A DNA stretch of 64,000 nucleotides from Ascoidea asiatica JCM 7603 (GCA_001600695.1 BCKQ01000003.1:966654-1030653); one strand, 5' to 3'. Counted from the first letter of the stretch, positions 11,754 to 24,024 are shown. The notes: generated by a model not told the origin, from the sequence alone. Program-made: numbers and translations.

Positions 11754-12917
11754 ATGGTTAATTTCAAAGGTGCTTTAGTTCTTGCACCTATGGTAAGAGT
11801 AGGAGAATTACCAACAAGAATCTTAGCTTTAAAATATGGTGCAGATTTAGTTTGGGGTCCAGAAATAATTGATAAAAAATTAATAACATGTGAAAGAATT
11901 GAGAATAAGAATCTTGGAACAATAGATTTTTTATCAAGAAATAAAAATACTAAAATTCCTGGAATTACAAATCTTGTTTTTAGAACTTTTCCAAAACTTG
12001 AAAATAATAAAATAATTTTTCAAATGGGTACATCAAATGCAGAACTTGCAATAAAAGCTGCAAAAATTATTATTAAAGATGTTTCTGGTATTGATATCAA
12101 TGCAGGTTGTCCAAAACATTTTTCAATACATTCTGGAATGGGTTCTGCTTTATTAAAAACTCCTGATTTATTAGTTGAAATTTTATCAAAACTTGTTAAT
12201 GAAGTTGGTAAACCAAATAATAAACCAATTTCTGTTAAAATTAGACTCTTAGAATCAAAAGAATTATCAATAAATTTAATTTCAAAATTATTAAAAACTG
12301 GTATATCTAATTTAACTATACATTGTAGAACAACAAATATGAGAAATAGAGAAAATCCAATAAGAGATTATTTACCTGAAATTATTAAAAAATGTAGAGA
12401 TTCAAAAATTAATTGTATAATTAATGGTGGTATAAAAAATAGAAATGAATTTAATGAATTTCAAAAAATTTATGGTAATGATATTGGTTGTATGATTGCT
12501 TCAAATGCAGAATTAAATCTTTCTTGTTTTAATCAATCTCAAAAACATTGGTCAATTATTTCAAAGGATTATATAAAAGAATGTGAAATTTTTCAAAATT
12601 GGATTGGTAATACAAAATTTTGCCTTTCAAGAATTATACCTGGAAAATCTAAAATTTATCAAGAAATTGCAAAAGCAAAAACTCAAATTCAATTAAATCA
12701 TATAATTAATAAAATTGATAATCATGGTAATTTAATACAAGAATCTGAAAAACAATTTAAAAATGAAATAATTTTAGATTCAAATATTAATGAAAAACCA
12801 ATATCTAAGAAAAGATCAATTGATAATGATATTGATAATGATAATGAAAATGAAATCAATTTGAATGTTAAAAGACAAACAATAAAGCCTGAATTAACAA
12901 CTAATGTAACTGCCTAG
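11754..12917 (+). CDS. SMM1: tRNA dihydrouridine(20) synthase Dus2/Smm1
   Basis: VLAPMVRVGELPTR, GPEIIDKK, DINAGCPKHFSIHSGMG and SVKIR motifs. Start ATG at 11754. Confidence 0.93.
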   Translation: MVNFKGALVLAPMVRVGELPTRILALKYGADLVWGPEIIDKKLITCERIENKNLGTIDFLSRNKNTKIPGITNLVFRTFPKLENNKIIFQMGTSNAELAIKAAKIIIKDVSGIDINAGCPKHFSIHSGMGSALLKTPDLLVEILSKLVNEVGKPNNKPISVKIRLLESKELSINLISKLLKTGISNLTIHCRTTNMRNRENPIRDYLPEIIKKCRDSKINCIINGGIKNRNEFNEFQKIYGNDIGCMIASNAELNLSCFNQSQKHWSIISKDYIKECEIFQNWIGNTKFCLSRIIPGKSKIYQEIAKAKTQIQLNHIINKIDNHGNLIQESEKQFKNEIILDSNINEKPISKKRSIDNDIDNDNENEINLNVKRQTIKPELTTNVTA

Positions 12918-13439
12918 TAATAAAAATCTATAGTCATTTTTTCACCTTACTTTGAAAAAAAAGCAATGTCGAATGTTGATTCATAAGATAAACTCTGATA
13001 GGATCCACTTACTTGAAAAAACCAATTATAATTAAATAGTTAAATAATTAGGAAGTAGAACTCAATAATTATTTCATGATCATCTCTGGAACTGGTTGGG
13101 TTGTTTGATATGATATCTACTGTATTTGAAACTTCATATCTCTTGCCAACTTTCACTGTTAACCTGGCAGTAATAAACAATTTCATATTTCCGGCTCAGT
13201 TCCGACTCTGCTTCAAAATATTTCATTTGCTCAGTTTCCTTAAGAAATTTCATTTTTACTAAGTCGAGAGATCACATGACCCAGGGTGAAATATTAAAAA
13301 TTCTCATAAAGAAAAAGAAGCTTTATTTTTATTAATACAAGAAAGTTCAAGTGTGAAATACAAAATAATCAAATTCATTTTAGTCATATAAAATATATTA
13401 TACTTCTCTTTGAAAAGAAAAAAAAAACGAAAAAAAGAA

Positions 13440-14099
13440 ATGTCTTGGATATTTGGTGGTTCAAGTTCTCAAAATAAAACTTCAGTTGATGATGTTAAGG
13501 AAAAAAATAATACAAATTTACAAGAAACTTTAGGTTTTGATCCTGCTGCAGTTTCTGATGTTTCTACAATTTTATCAACACCAGGAGCTTTTGATACTGC
13601 TCGTTTACATCCTTTAGCTGGACTTGATAAAGGTATTGAATATTTAGATATAGAGGATGAAGCTTTAAGTACAATGGAAGGTGGTCAGACTGGTTTAATT
13701 CCTTCAAGAGGTTGGTCTGATGATATATGTTATGGTACAGGTGCTGTATATTTAATCGGTTTAGGTCTTGGTGGTGCTTATGGACTTGGTGAAGGTATAA
13801 GAAATATTCCACCAAATGCTCCTGGAAAATTAAGATTAAATACAATTTTAAATCATGTTACAAAAAGAGGTCCATTTTTAGGTAATAGTGCTGGTGTTTT
13901 AGCTGTAACTTATAATATTATAAATTCAATAATTGATAGTTTAAGAGGTAAACATGATGATGCAAATTCTGTTTTAGCTGGTGCAATATCTGGTGCAATT
14001 TTTAAAAGTAGTAAAGGAATTAAACCAATGGGAATATCAACTGTTTTAATGGCTTCTGCTGCTGGTGCTTGGTGTGGTATTAAACGTTTACTATCTTAG
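13440..14099 (+). CDS. TIM23: Mitochondrial inner-membrane translocase subunit Tim23
   Basis: MSWIFG start, LHPLAGLDKGIEYLD, PSRGWSDDICYGTG and LNHVTKRGPFLGN motifs. Confidence 0.97.
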   Translation: MSWIFGGSSSQNKTSVDDVKEKNNTNLQETLGFDPAAVSDVSTILSTPGAFDTARLHPLAGLDKGIEYLDIEDEALSTMEGGQTGLIPSRGWSDDICYGTGAVYLIGLGLGGAYGLGEGIRNIPPNAPGKLRLNTILNHVTKRGPFLGNSAGVLAVTYNIINSIIDSLRGKHDDANSVLAGAISGAIFKSSKGIKPMGISTVLMASAAGAWCGIKRLLS

Positions 14100-14714
14100 C
14101 TAAAATTTATTATGATTATTTAGTTTTATGATTTGTTTTTAATTTTATTCCATATTTTGTATATACTTTTTAACCCATGAATATTAATAATAATACAATC
14201 ATACTTATAAAACATAAATTATTTTAACTACATAAAATATCAAAATCAAATAATTTAATTTTGGGTATTAAAGAATGAGAGAAAAAAGAATCTATTTATT
14301 TCATACTTAAAATTAAAGGAATGCCAATAAATTAAAGAAAAAATTATTATGAATTTACTTATTGTTGTCAAAAGACAACTTTTTATAAAAATTTAAGCTG
14401 TAGAAATGAGTGTAAAAAAAAAAAAAAAGAACAAAAAGAAAAAATAGACAAAAGAAAAGCGTGCAAAAAAAAGGAAACAATCTAATTTTAAAAAAAATAA
14501 TCTAAGTTATAAAAAAGAAAATAGTAAAACAATCTTATAAAAAACAAAAAAAAAATTATTTAGAAAAAAAAATCAAAAGGAAATAACTTAAGACAAAATG
14601 AATTTTTTGAAATAAAAGAAGGAAACAAAAAAAAAAAATAAAAAGTCTAGAGAAGTTTTAAATAAATGACAGAAATTTTTTTACTTAGTTATATGCTTAA
14701 GTTGAAAATTTTAG

Positions 14715-16991
14715 TTATATTTCATTTAATAAATATTCAGAAATTTCTTTACCAAAAAATTCAAAAATATCTTTCTTTTGATAATCACCAATATCTTTAA
14801 GTTTTAAACATAAATCATAATTAATACTTTCAGTAATAATTGAATCTCTTTTATAATCTTTATGATTCATAACAAAATTTCTAATAAAAGTTGCCATTGT
14901 TGGAATTTCACCTTTTGCTCTTTTTGATAATAAATTAAAATACATTTTTAATCTTTTTGTATTTTTATTTTCAATATCATTCATTTCATTTGGATATTCT
15001 TGATTTAAAAATAAATAAACTAATGGAATTAAACCAATGAATTTATCATTACCATTAATGATTTCATTAATAGTATAATAACTTTGAATTTCACCAAAAT
15101 TGTCTTCCTCGGTAGTTCCATTCATAGTTCCATTCATATTTCCATTTACACTTCCATTCATATTTCCATTGATATTTCCATTAATGAGAGTGTTAATGTG
15201 AGAATTTCCATTGATATTTTTATTAATATTTGAATTAATTGAAGTTAAATCAAGATTTAAAAAATCAATATTTTTTCTAAATAAAAATTTATCATTTAAT
15301 AAACTATTACGTTTATGAGCAATTTTCATATTTTCATCAATACTTGAAATTGGAATATAAAAATTTGGTTTAAATTTTATAATTGATCTTGAAAGTAAAG
15401 CAATAAATACAGAAAAAGCAGCATTTTCAAAAGTTGAAATTTGAATATCTAAAGGTCTAAATTCAACTCTCCAACCAGGACCATTAGAATTATCATTATT
15501 TAAAATTGCAGGTTTAAATCTTAAAGTTTGCCAATTTGTTGATTGAATATTTTCAAAATGATCAGTTTCTATAAAATCATTTTGATTTATTCTTTCTTTA
15601 AATAAACTAATTGGATCTCTAATAAATAAATGAGCAAAATGTTTTGATAAATTTTCATCAAAATTATTTTTTAATAATTTTTTATAAATTTCATTATTAA
15701 TTGGAGAATTAATATTATTAAAATTTTTTAAATTATTTAAATTAAATTTATTATTAAATGAACTACCTAAATATGAATCAATTGAATCATATCTTGATTT
15801 TGGAATTTTAATCATTGAATTTATATCATTTAATTTCATACCACCATATAAATTATGATTTTTATCTAATGGAATTAAAGAAGATTCAAATGGAGTTCTA
15901 TCATCAACAGACATTGAGATTACATTCCATCTAACATCTTGATTTGATAAAATACCTTTAAAAATTGGAGAAGCAGCACTTAAAGATAATAAAATTGGAG
16001 TAAATGGAGCTAATGAATCATATAAATATCTTGAATAATTTAAATCAGGAGCTTGCATTGTAATTTGTAAACATGAACAACCCATACCAAAACCCATAGA
16101 ATCCATATAAATATTACCAATTTTTGCAGAACCTAAGAAATGTTCATTATTTTCAAAATTTTTATTTTTTTTATTAATTAAATTTAAATTTGGAATTGTT
16201 TGATCAATTAAATTTAAAGATTGAGTATTAATATCTTTAAAAATTGGTATATTTATTGAAACTTTTGAACCTCTTCTTGTTCTAATATTTTTTGTTAAAG
16301 TTGGAAATCTTACATGTCTATTAATAATTTCATCAGGTAAAAATAAAGAATGAGAAGCATCACCACCAATTTCATATTCAGGATCTGTAAAATTTCCACA
16401 ACCCATTCTTGGATATGAAGTTAAAGTTAATGGAACTATTAAATTATCATTATCATTATCATTGTCATTGTCATTGTCATTGTCATTGTCATAAGCGCCG
16501 GTATTATCAATATTATTATCAATATTATTATCATTAGCGCTAGGGTTAATATCTGTAGATTCTTTAAGATTTAAGAATTTTAAAGCAATTTTTTTTCTTA
16601 AATTCATATTTTCTTCAACATAAAGAAAATCATTAAATTTATTACCATTATAAGGATTTAAAGGAGTTGCTTCTAACATAAATCTACCATATTCTGGATG
16701 AAAAGAAATATTATTTTTTTTTGAATAAATTGAATATTTACCATTTGATTCAATATCTAAATCATTAATAATATAATCTTTATTTAAATTTAATTTTATT
16801 AATTTTTTTTTTTTATTTATTGAAATTATCATATATTCAATTTCTTCACCCCATAAAAAAATATCATTTTTTCTAAATTTATTTTTATTAAATAAATTAA
16901 TTAATTGAATTATACCATGATTTCTTACATGAGAAGAGAATTCTCTTGATTCATTAAATGGTAATGGAGTACCTTGAGATAATAAACCCAT
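14715..16991 (-). CDS. GSH1: Glutamate-cysteine ligase catalytic subunit
   Basis: MGLLSQGTPL, WGEEIEY, FHPEYGRFMLEATP, IYMDSMGFGMGCSCLQ, FENIQSTNWQ and WRVEFRP motifs. Confidence 0.98.
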   Translation of the reverse strand: MGLLSQGTPLPFNESREFSSHVRNHGIIQLINLFNKNKFRKNDIFLWGEEIEYMIISINKKKKLIKLNLNKDYIINDLDIESNGKYSIYSKKNNISFHPEYGRFMLEATPLNPYNGNKFNDFLYVEENMNLRKKIALKFLNLKESTDINPSANDNNIDNNIDNTGAYDNDNDNDNDNDNDNDNLIVPLTLTSYPRMGCGNFTDPEYEIGGDASHSLFLPDEIINRHVRFPTLTKNIRTRRGSKVSINIPIFKDINTQSLNLIDQTIPNLNLINKKNKNFENNEHFLGSAKIGNIYMDSMGFGMGCSCLQITMQAPDLNYSRYLYDSLAPFTPILLSLSAASPIFKGILSNQDVRWNVISMSVDDRTPFESSLIPLDKNHNLYGGMKLNDINSMIKIPKSRYDSIDSYLGSSFNNKFNLNNLKNFNNINSPINNEIYKKLLKNNFDENLSKHFAHLFIRDPISLFKERINQNDFIETDHFENIQSTNWQTLRFKPAILNNDNSNGPGWRVEFRPLDIQISTFENAAFSVFIALLSRSIIKFKPNFYIPISSIDENMKIAHKRNSLLNDKFLFRKNIDFLNLDLTSINSNINKNINGNSHINTLINGNINGNMNGSVNGNMNGTMNGTTEEDNFGEIQSYYTINEIINGNDKFIGLIPLVYLFLNQEYPNEMNDIENKNTKRLKMYFNLLSKRAKGEIPTMATFIRNFVMNHKDYKRDSIITESINYDLCLKLKDIGDYQKKDIFEFFGKEISEYLLNEI

Positions 16992-17145
16992 TTTTTATTA
17001 TTTTATTTTATTTTATGTTATTTTATATTATTTTATATTATTTTATATTATATACAATTAAATACAGTTAGTTATATACAGTTGAATATGGACAATTTTG
17101 AAAGCAAAATGAAATGATATTAAAAGAAATAAGCTAGTTAAGTAA

Positions 17146-17209
17146 ATAATATAATATAATATAATATAATATAATATAATATAATATAATATAATATAAT
17201 ATAATATAA
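17146..17209. repeat. (ATAAT)n pentanucleotide microsatellite upstream of GSH1
   Basis: About 12 perfect tandem copies read directly. Confidence 0.9.
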
Positions 17210-19244
17210 GTTTAAAAACTAGAGAATATGAATTATATTTGTAAGTTAAATTAATAATTACAAAAATGAATTAGTTAAGTTAAGTTGATAAGTTAATAAA
17301 ACAAGTTTTTTCAATATATTTTTATTTTGTTTAAAAAAGTAATATTAAAAAAATGGATCACAAATAAAGTATAAAGTATAGTGTAAAAATGAAGAGGTAA
17401 TTGTAAATATTTATAGTTTTGAATTATATTTGAGTTATATTTGATTGATATTTGCTTTTTTGAAGATTTTATTGTATCCATAGAATCAAAAACTGATAAA
17501 TGAATAAGAACAAGAATAAGCTCTTCTTCTTCTTCTTCTTCCACTACTTCTTTTTCTTATTATTGATACTGTTATTATCAATAATAGATATAAACTAAAA
17601 AAAAAGAAGATAATTTGAAAGTATTAACATGAGTATTAGTAATGAAGTGAATTTATTTTTCTGATTTTCTGATTTTCTGATTTTCTATTTTCTATTTTCT
17701 ATTTTCTCGATGTCTCTGCGCTTCATCAGCTCCAAACTCGACTTTTCACTTTATCGAAAGTGATCTGGAGAAAAAAAGAATCCGGTGCGGATTACGATGG
17801 ACCCGGAAACCCTTTCTAAAGACCCATCCGCGGTCTTCTCACTGCCAAAAAAAAAACATGCTCAAAAAATGATAGTGAAATTGATTACCGATGCCACTGA
17901 CAAGACGCCAAACTCCAATTGGTTCTTATTGTAATGGTTTTGATTCTGTTGAAATGGACTTGAAATGGACTTGAAATGGACTTGGTAATCTTGCAGCATA
18001 TCTACTCACTCCAAACACAATCAATGATCGATATTTATTAAAATGATGAAAAGTACCTAGGTTTGATTACTAATTGTTTTTTATTTTCACTTACCACTTT
18101 CTCAGTTTCTGTTTCTGTGTCTGTTTCTGTTTCTTCTTCTCTCGATTTTCTCTCGATTTTCTGTACTGTTTCTGGTCTCAGAAAATGTTCGCTAAAAGCA
18201 GTTATCATTTCCGATCTCGAGTTCTTTCCAGGCCTGTCTCAGGCTTCGTTGCCGGCTCGAGCCCTGCTTCTCGTTTCTGACTGCCCTCGTACGCGGAGAA
18301 GCAGCACTGGATAATATCGCAGGGAACTGGTGCAATTGCACGTGCTGGCGGGATGAAGCCCACTCGGTAACGTGACCTTTTTTGCTTTTCTTGTTCCAGT
18401 AATTTTATCGATAAGACAAAACACACGCATCACATGACTAGTGGCAAGCCAGTATTGTGGGTCTGATTCATCTTTTCATTTATTTCCATTGAAGTAAAGT
18501 GAAATTACCAAAATTACTAGTATTATTGTTTTGATGTTTTGATGTTTTGATGTTTGTAATATTGTATGTCATAATCTAAACCATGAAATACAATCTAAAT
18601 CAAAATTCTAAGTAGTGCAAGTAATAATTAATATTCTTTTAAGCAAGCTTGGCTTAAAATCACAGCCTTTAATTTATTTACTATTGTTCAGTACTTGATT
18701 AAAATTTATAAACATAATTTCACCAGTGTTTTCAATTTAATTAATCCTAGAAAAGTTTCAATTATCATTAAAAAATAAATTATTTTTATTTTTCCCGTTT
18801 TATTCATTATTCATTATTCATTATTTACTTTTTACCCTTTTAGGATCGTGTATATATCAAATAAACATCGGCAAATCAATTTTAATTGAAAAAAAGCTTA
18901 TTTAATCTAATTTAATCTATTTTAGTTTAACTTAATTTAAAATTAAAGGGTATAAACTAATATTTACTTATTTATTTATCTATAATCTTATGGTTTATTC
19001 TATTATTCTATTATTCTATTATTAAATGGGTTTCATTAAGAGAAAAAATACAATTAACTATTGTTTTGAAAATATGATTAAATTAAAAAAAAATTAATAT
19101 ATAAAGAGTTCATTTTACTTCTTTTTTAAAAATGTTTTTATTTAATTATTCATCATCAATTAACAATTAATAAATATATAAAATAATTTATAAAATAATT
19201 TATAAAATAATTTAAATCAAATAACTTCAAATAACTTTTTAATA

Positions 19245-20144
19245 ATGTCATTATTACCTACAATTTATTCAATTTCTTTAATTCCATCAATTACTTCAAT
19301 TTCTTCAATTTTATTATTTTCTTCTTTAGTTTATTCAAAAGATAGTGGTAGTTTAGATGATATTGAAGATTCTGATTCAACAAGTATAATTTCAACTAAA
19401 ATTGGTAAAACTACAACAACTTTAGAACCTTCAGAAACTAAAAATGAAAATGAAAATGAAAATGAAATTGCAACTTATTCTATTAATGAATTATCTGATT
19501 CAATTATTGAAACTATAATTTCAACTTCAAAAGGTAAAACAACTAAAGATAAACGTGCCACTACTACTAAAAGTGATGATGATGATGATGATTCTTCTAC
19601 TTCAACAACTGTATGGTGGACTCCAACTCAAACTGTTTGGTGGACTCCAGCAAGTGAATTATCTTCTTCAACTATTATTTCTACAACAAATAAAATTTCA
19701 ACAAAAACTAATTCAAATCATAAATCAATTTCAACTTCATATTCTGCTGAAAAATATTTATCTTCAAAATTTTCAAAAGATAAATCTAAATCTAATTCAG
19801 AAACTGATACTGATACTGAAACTGAAACTGAAACTGAAGGTTTATATGAAAATGATACTTATGATGATAATTTAACAGGTACTGAAATTGAAGATGAATA
19901 TATTACAAGTACTATTAATTCAATAATTTCAAAAAAAAAAACTACTTTTACAACTAAATTTAAAACTACAATTACAAATCAAATTAAAAATAAAAAAGAT
20001 TCAAGTGAAGAAACTGTAACTGAATCTTCTGGTTCTTATAAAATTTCAATTCCAATTATTCATAAAAATAATAAATCTTTTAAAACTTCAATTTCAATAA
20101 TTATTGGGTTTCTTACTTTTTCAATTTTAATTGGTTCCTTATAG
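19245..20144 (+). CDS. NCW2: Ser/Thr-rich, probably GPI-anchored cell-wall protein (Ncw2-like)
   Basis: Hydrophobic N-terminus followed by KDSGSLD, two TVWWTP motifs and a hydrophobic C-terminal tail. S. cerevisiae Ncw2, as recalled, has KDSGSLD and TVWWLP. Confidence 0.75.
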   Translation: MSLLPTIYSISLIPSITSISSILLFSSLVYSKDSGSLDDIEDSDSTSIISTKIGKTTTTLEPSETKNENENENEIATYSINELSDSIIETIISTSKGKTTKDKRATTTKSDDDDDDSSTSTTVWWTPTQTVWWTPASELSSSTIISTTNKISTKTNSNHKSISTSYSAEKYLSSKFSKDKSKSNSETDTDTETETETEGLYENDTYDDNLTGTEIEDEYITSTINSIISKKKTTFTTKFKTTITNQIKNKKDSSEETVTESSGSYKISIPIIHKNNKSFKTSISIIIGFLTFSILIGSL

Positions 20145-20157
20145 ATAATTAATTATC

Positions 20158-20192
<35 letters not shown>

Positions 20193-20699
20193 TAAAAGTT
20201 TTTTTTAAAAAAAATAAAAACAATTGCATTCGGTATTTTTATTTTTTACTCTTTTTTCTCATTTTTTTTTATCTTTCTCATTTCTTTTTTTTATTCATTT
20301 TTCTTCAAATTTTTAATCTTTGAGCTGGTCTCTTTTGGTGGTATTATTTCGGTCTCTAATAATAATGGTCTTTAATTAATTAAAAAAAAAAATAGGTTTT
20401 ATCCTTATAACAAAAAAAAAAAAAAAAAAAAACTTAAAAAAAAGTCTTTTCTAATATTTTTTTTCTCTCTCTTTTATATAGACTTTAATTTACAAATAAA
20501 CATTCATAAACTAATCAAATTAATATTTTCATCTTCAATTCTTAATATTATCTCTGTCTACATAAAGCATTTCGAAACTGAACTAAAATCCTTACCAAAT
20601 AGGTAATTTACTATTTGAATTTTAATCCAATCCGACCATAACCTGACATAATCCGACTGACGCGGTATTTGAACACAAAAACAAAAAAAGAATGAAAAA

Positions 20700-20790
20700 C
20701 ACGAAAATAGTTCTCATTCAATAAAGTTCACATAATAACATTAAAAGTTAACTCAAATTCAGTCTGAATTTTAATCAGATACAAACGCGT
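20700..20790. promoter_or_regulatory. SCB (CACGAAA 20700-20706) and MCB (ACGCGT 20785-20790) G1/S elements upstream of STB1
   Basis: Exact consensus matches about 390-480 bp upstream of a G1/S regulator gene. Confidence 0.6.
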
Positions 20791-21175
20791 AAATGAATAT
20801 ATTTAATATTTAATATTTAATATTTAAAATTTAAAATTTTCTTGTTTCATCTCATCTCGTCTCTTTTTCATGCCAATAAAACTGAATTCTGAGCCACCGC
20901 CGTGACTTTGAGAATTTCACCGTATTTTATATAAACGTAACAACGTCTCGTCTTCTTCTTCTTTTTTTTTTTTAATTTTTTTGTTATTTTTTGTTATTTT
21001 TTGTTTTTTGAATCTCCTGGGAAACAATCTCATTTTGGCACATAATAAACAAACCACAAATTTTATAACCCTAAAAGATAAATCCAGATAAATTTAGATA
21101 AATTGAAATAAATCAAGATCTTATCGAGATAAACAATAAGATAACCAAATCAAGTAAATAATAATAATTTCCTCA

Positions 21176-22345
21176 ATGGAACTGATAATCAATAAAAAAA
21201 AATCAAAGGAAGATTCAATCTCATTAGATAAAATTGGTGATAGAATTTTAAAAAATATTGAAATTGGTAAATTATCAAGAAGACTTAAAAATAATTTAAT
21301 CAAATTAGAAAAAACAATTAATAATGATAAAAAAAATAATAATATTAAAAATATTATTGAAAATAATATAAAAAATAATATAAAAAATAATATAAAAAAT
21401 AAATCTATAAATAATAATAAAATTAAAAAAAATAAATCTTCATTTGGTATTAAAAAAGAATTATATTTAAATAAAGATAAATTAAATAATAATAATAATA
21501 AAAATAGAATATTTTCCAAAGATGAATTAGAAAGTAGATTACCTAAAAAAAGTACTTTTATTATTAGAAAACCAGCTTCAAGTCCAATTAAACCAAAAAC
21601 AAATTATTTTAATTCTGATAATAATTTTAATAACTTAAATAATTTTAATAATTTTAATAATTTTAATTTCAATTCACTGAAATCTCCAAATGGTATTATT
21701 AATAGTTCACCATTAAGACAACATCCAATGAATTTTTTTAATGATAATAATAATAATAATATTAGTAATAAAATAAATGGTGAAGTTGAAGATGATAAAG
21801 AAGGTGCTAATTTATTAATGTATTTAGCATCATCACCAACTTCATCATCTAAAAGTGCTTTTAAAAGACATTCAAAAGAAAATTCATTTAATTTAAATAC
21901 TTTTTCTCCATCTTTATTCTTTCAATCAAATAATTTTGTAAACTCAAAAGATATCAATGAAAATAATGATAATAATGATAATAATGATAATAATGAAAGT
22001 TCAATTTCAGGTAGTATTTCAGGGAGTACTTTAGGTAGTACTATAAGTAATAATAGTCACAATAATAATGATATTAGTACTACTAATAATGATAATAATT
22101 TGAATGAACATTTAACTACAACTACAACTACAAAAAATTCAAATTCAAATACAATTTCAAATACAAATACTAATACTAATACTAATACTAATATTACTGT
22201 AAATTTAAATGAATATCTTAATATTAATATTTTTACACCAATTTCTTCTCCAATTAAATTCAATTCAAGACCAACAACTTCTCAAGATTCTATGAATAAT
22301 ATAGATATAATAAATCTGAGTAAGAAAATAATGGAAATTGAATAA
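21176..22345 (+). CDS. STB1: SBF/MBF-associated regulator Stb1-like
   Basis: N-terminal IGDRILKNIEIGKLSRRLKNNL helix, EGANLLMYLASSP motif and several SP/TP CDK sites. Confidence 0.72.
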   Translation: MELIINKKKSKEDSISLDKIGDRILKNIEIGKLSRRLKNNLIKLEKTINNDKKNNNIKNIIENNIKNNIKNNIKNKSINNNKIKKNKSSFGIKKELYLNKDKLNNNNNKNRIFSKDELESRLPKKSTFIIRKPASSPIKPKTNYFNSDNNFNNLNNFNNFNNFNFNSLKSPNGIINSSPLRQHPMNFFNDNNNNNISNKINGEVEDDKEGANLLMYLASSPTSSSKSAFKRHSKENSFNLNTFSPSLFFQSNNFVNSKDINENNDNNDNNDNNESSISGSISGSTLGSTISNNSHNNNDISTTNNDNNLNEHLTTTTTTKNSNSNTISNTNTNTNTNTNITVNLNEYLNINIFTPISSPIKFNSRPTTSQDSMNNIDIINLSKKIMEIE

Positions 22346-23444
22346 ATTTATTCAATTTTAATTTTTTAATTTGTATTTTTTAATTTGTATTTTTTTTTGT
22401 ATATTAGACTATTTAATTTATATAATACTCTTCTCAATGTCTTTTCTCAATGTCTTTTCTCAATGTCTTTTTGAATGTCTCTTCTTTTTATGTTCTCTCT
22501 ATGCTGTTTTCAACTTCTTTTACTTTCTATTCAGTTCTTTCTTATTCTCTTTCTCTTTCTCTTTCAATTACAACTGCAATTACAACTGCAATTACAATTT
22601 CCTTTAGTTTTAAATACAATTAATACCAATATCAAATGAATAATAAACAGCTCGTCCGTAAACAGAAATAAAACATCCGGTGCATTCCCACCGGAATACG
22701 CCACTCACCTGACCGTTCCGGCTGCTCAGGAAGTAAACAAAGAAACAAAGAAATAAACAAAGAAATCACCGAAAACAGCACCAGCAAATTCACATCCACA
22801 ATTTTATTAAACCAATCCAAAACAACAGCCAAATTTAAAAAAAAAAAAACAAGCTCAAATCATTTAATTTAATTAATCGTCCAAAAAAAGAATAATTATC
22901 TGAATATTTTTATTAAAATAGTAAAATATTTTAATTAAATATACTCTTTTGGTCAATATTTATTTTCAATTATTTTCCTTCAATTCAATTCAATTCAATT
23001 CAATTCATTTCATTTCATTTCAGCATCTTCAATAAATAGATATCATTTATCATTCATCCATTTATCATTTATCATCTTTAGAATATAAAGAAAATTCCAG
23101 ACAATATAAAAAAGTCAGTGGAAAAAAAAGGAAGAAAATAAAGGAAATAAAATTCATAATCTTTCAAATTTAGATCTAAAACTAGTTTCTCATTTATTAT
23201 TTGCTATCTTATTTACTCTCTATTTTTCTTTTATATTCCTTTAATTTAATCTAATTTAATTTAATCTCTTGAAATCAAATGAATGCATTTTAATTAATTT
23301 ACAATTAATCAATAAATTTTAAAAAAATATTAATAATCATAATATAAAAAAAGTCATTCATTTACTTTTAATATATAATCATATATAAATACATATATAT
23401 ATATATATATATATATGAAAATATTATCAAATAATTGAAGGAAA

Positions 23445-23558
23445 ATGAATCATAATTCTTTTGGGAATAATCCAATTAATTCTAAAATCAAAGATCAAAA
23501 AAGAAGTTTACTTAGAAGATCTTCTGCTCTTTTAAATTCAAGTTCAAATAACAATAAC

Positions 23559-23591
<33 letters not shown>

Positions 23592-23987
23592 TCAATTGAT
23601 AATTCTAATAACATTAATATGACTAATAATGAAAGAAATTTAAACAATAATGATACAAATATAAATTTAGATTATAATGATAATTCAAATTACAATAATA
23701 ATGATCAAAAAAATAATTCTCCAGGAATAAGATCAAAAAGAACTGTATCTAGAATTTATTCCAATTCTCCAAATAATTCTTCTATTTTTAATTTATCTTT
23801 ATCAAATGACAATTCTCAAAATATAAAAAATAATAATAATAATAATAATAAAAGTAATTCAAATAATAATAAAAATATCAATTCAAATCATTTACATCAT
23901 TCAAAATTATTTAGATACTCAAATTCTGTTAATAATTATTTTCATAATCGTATTTCAAATAAAAATTCTTCAAATAATATTAATAAC

Positions 23988-24024
<37 letters not shown>

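Noticed and set aside
13040-13186. 48-aa minus-strand ORF between DUS2 and TIM23 as a possible ACC1 relic
   Set aside because: No recognisable similarity to Acc1 or any motif, and atypical codons.
20592-20606. TTACCAAATAGGTAA as an Mcm1 site upstream of STB1
   Set aside because: Only 5 nt between CC and GG; Mcm1 needs 6.
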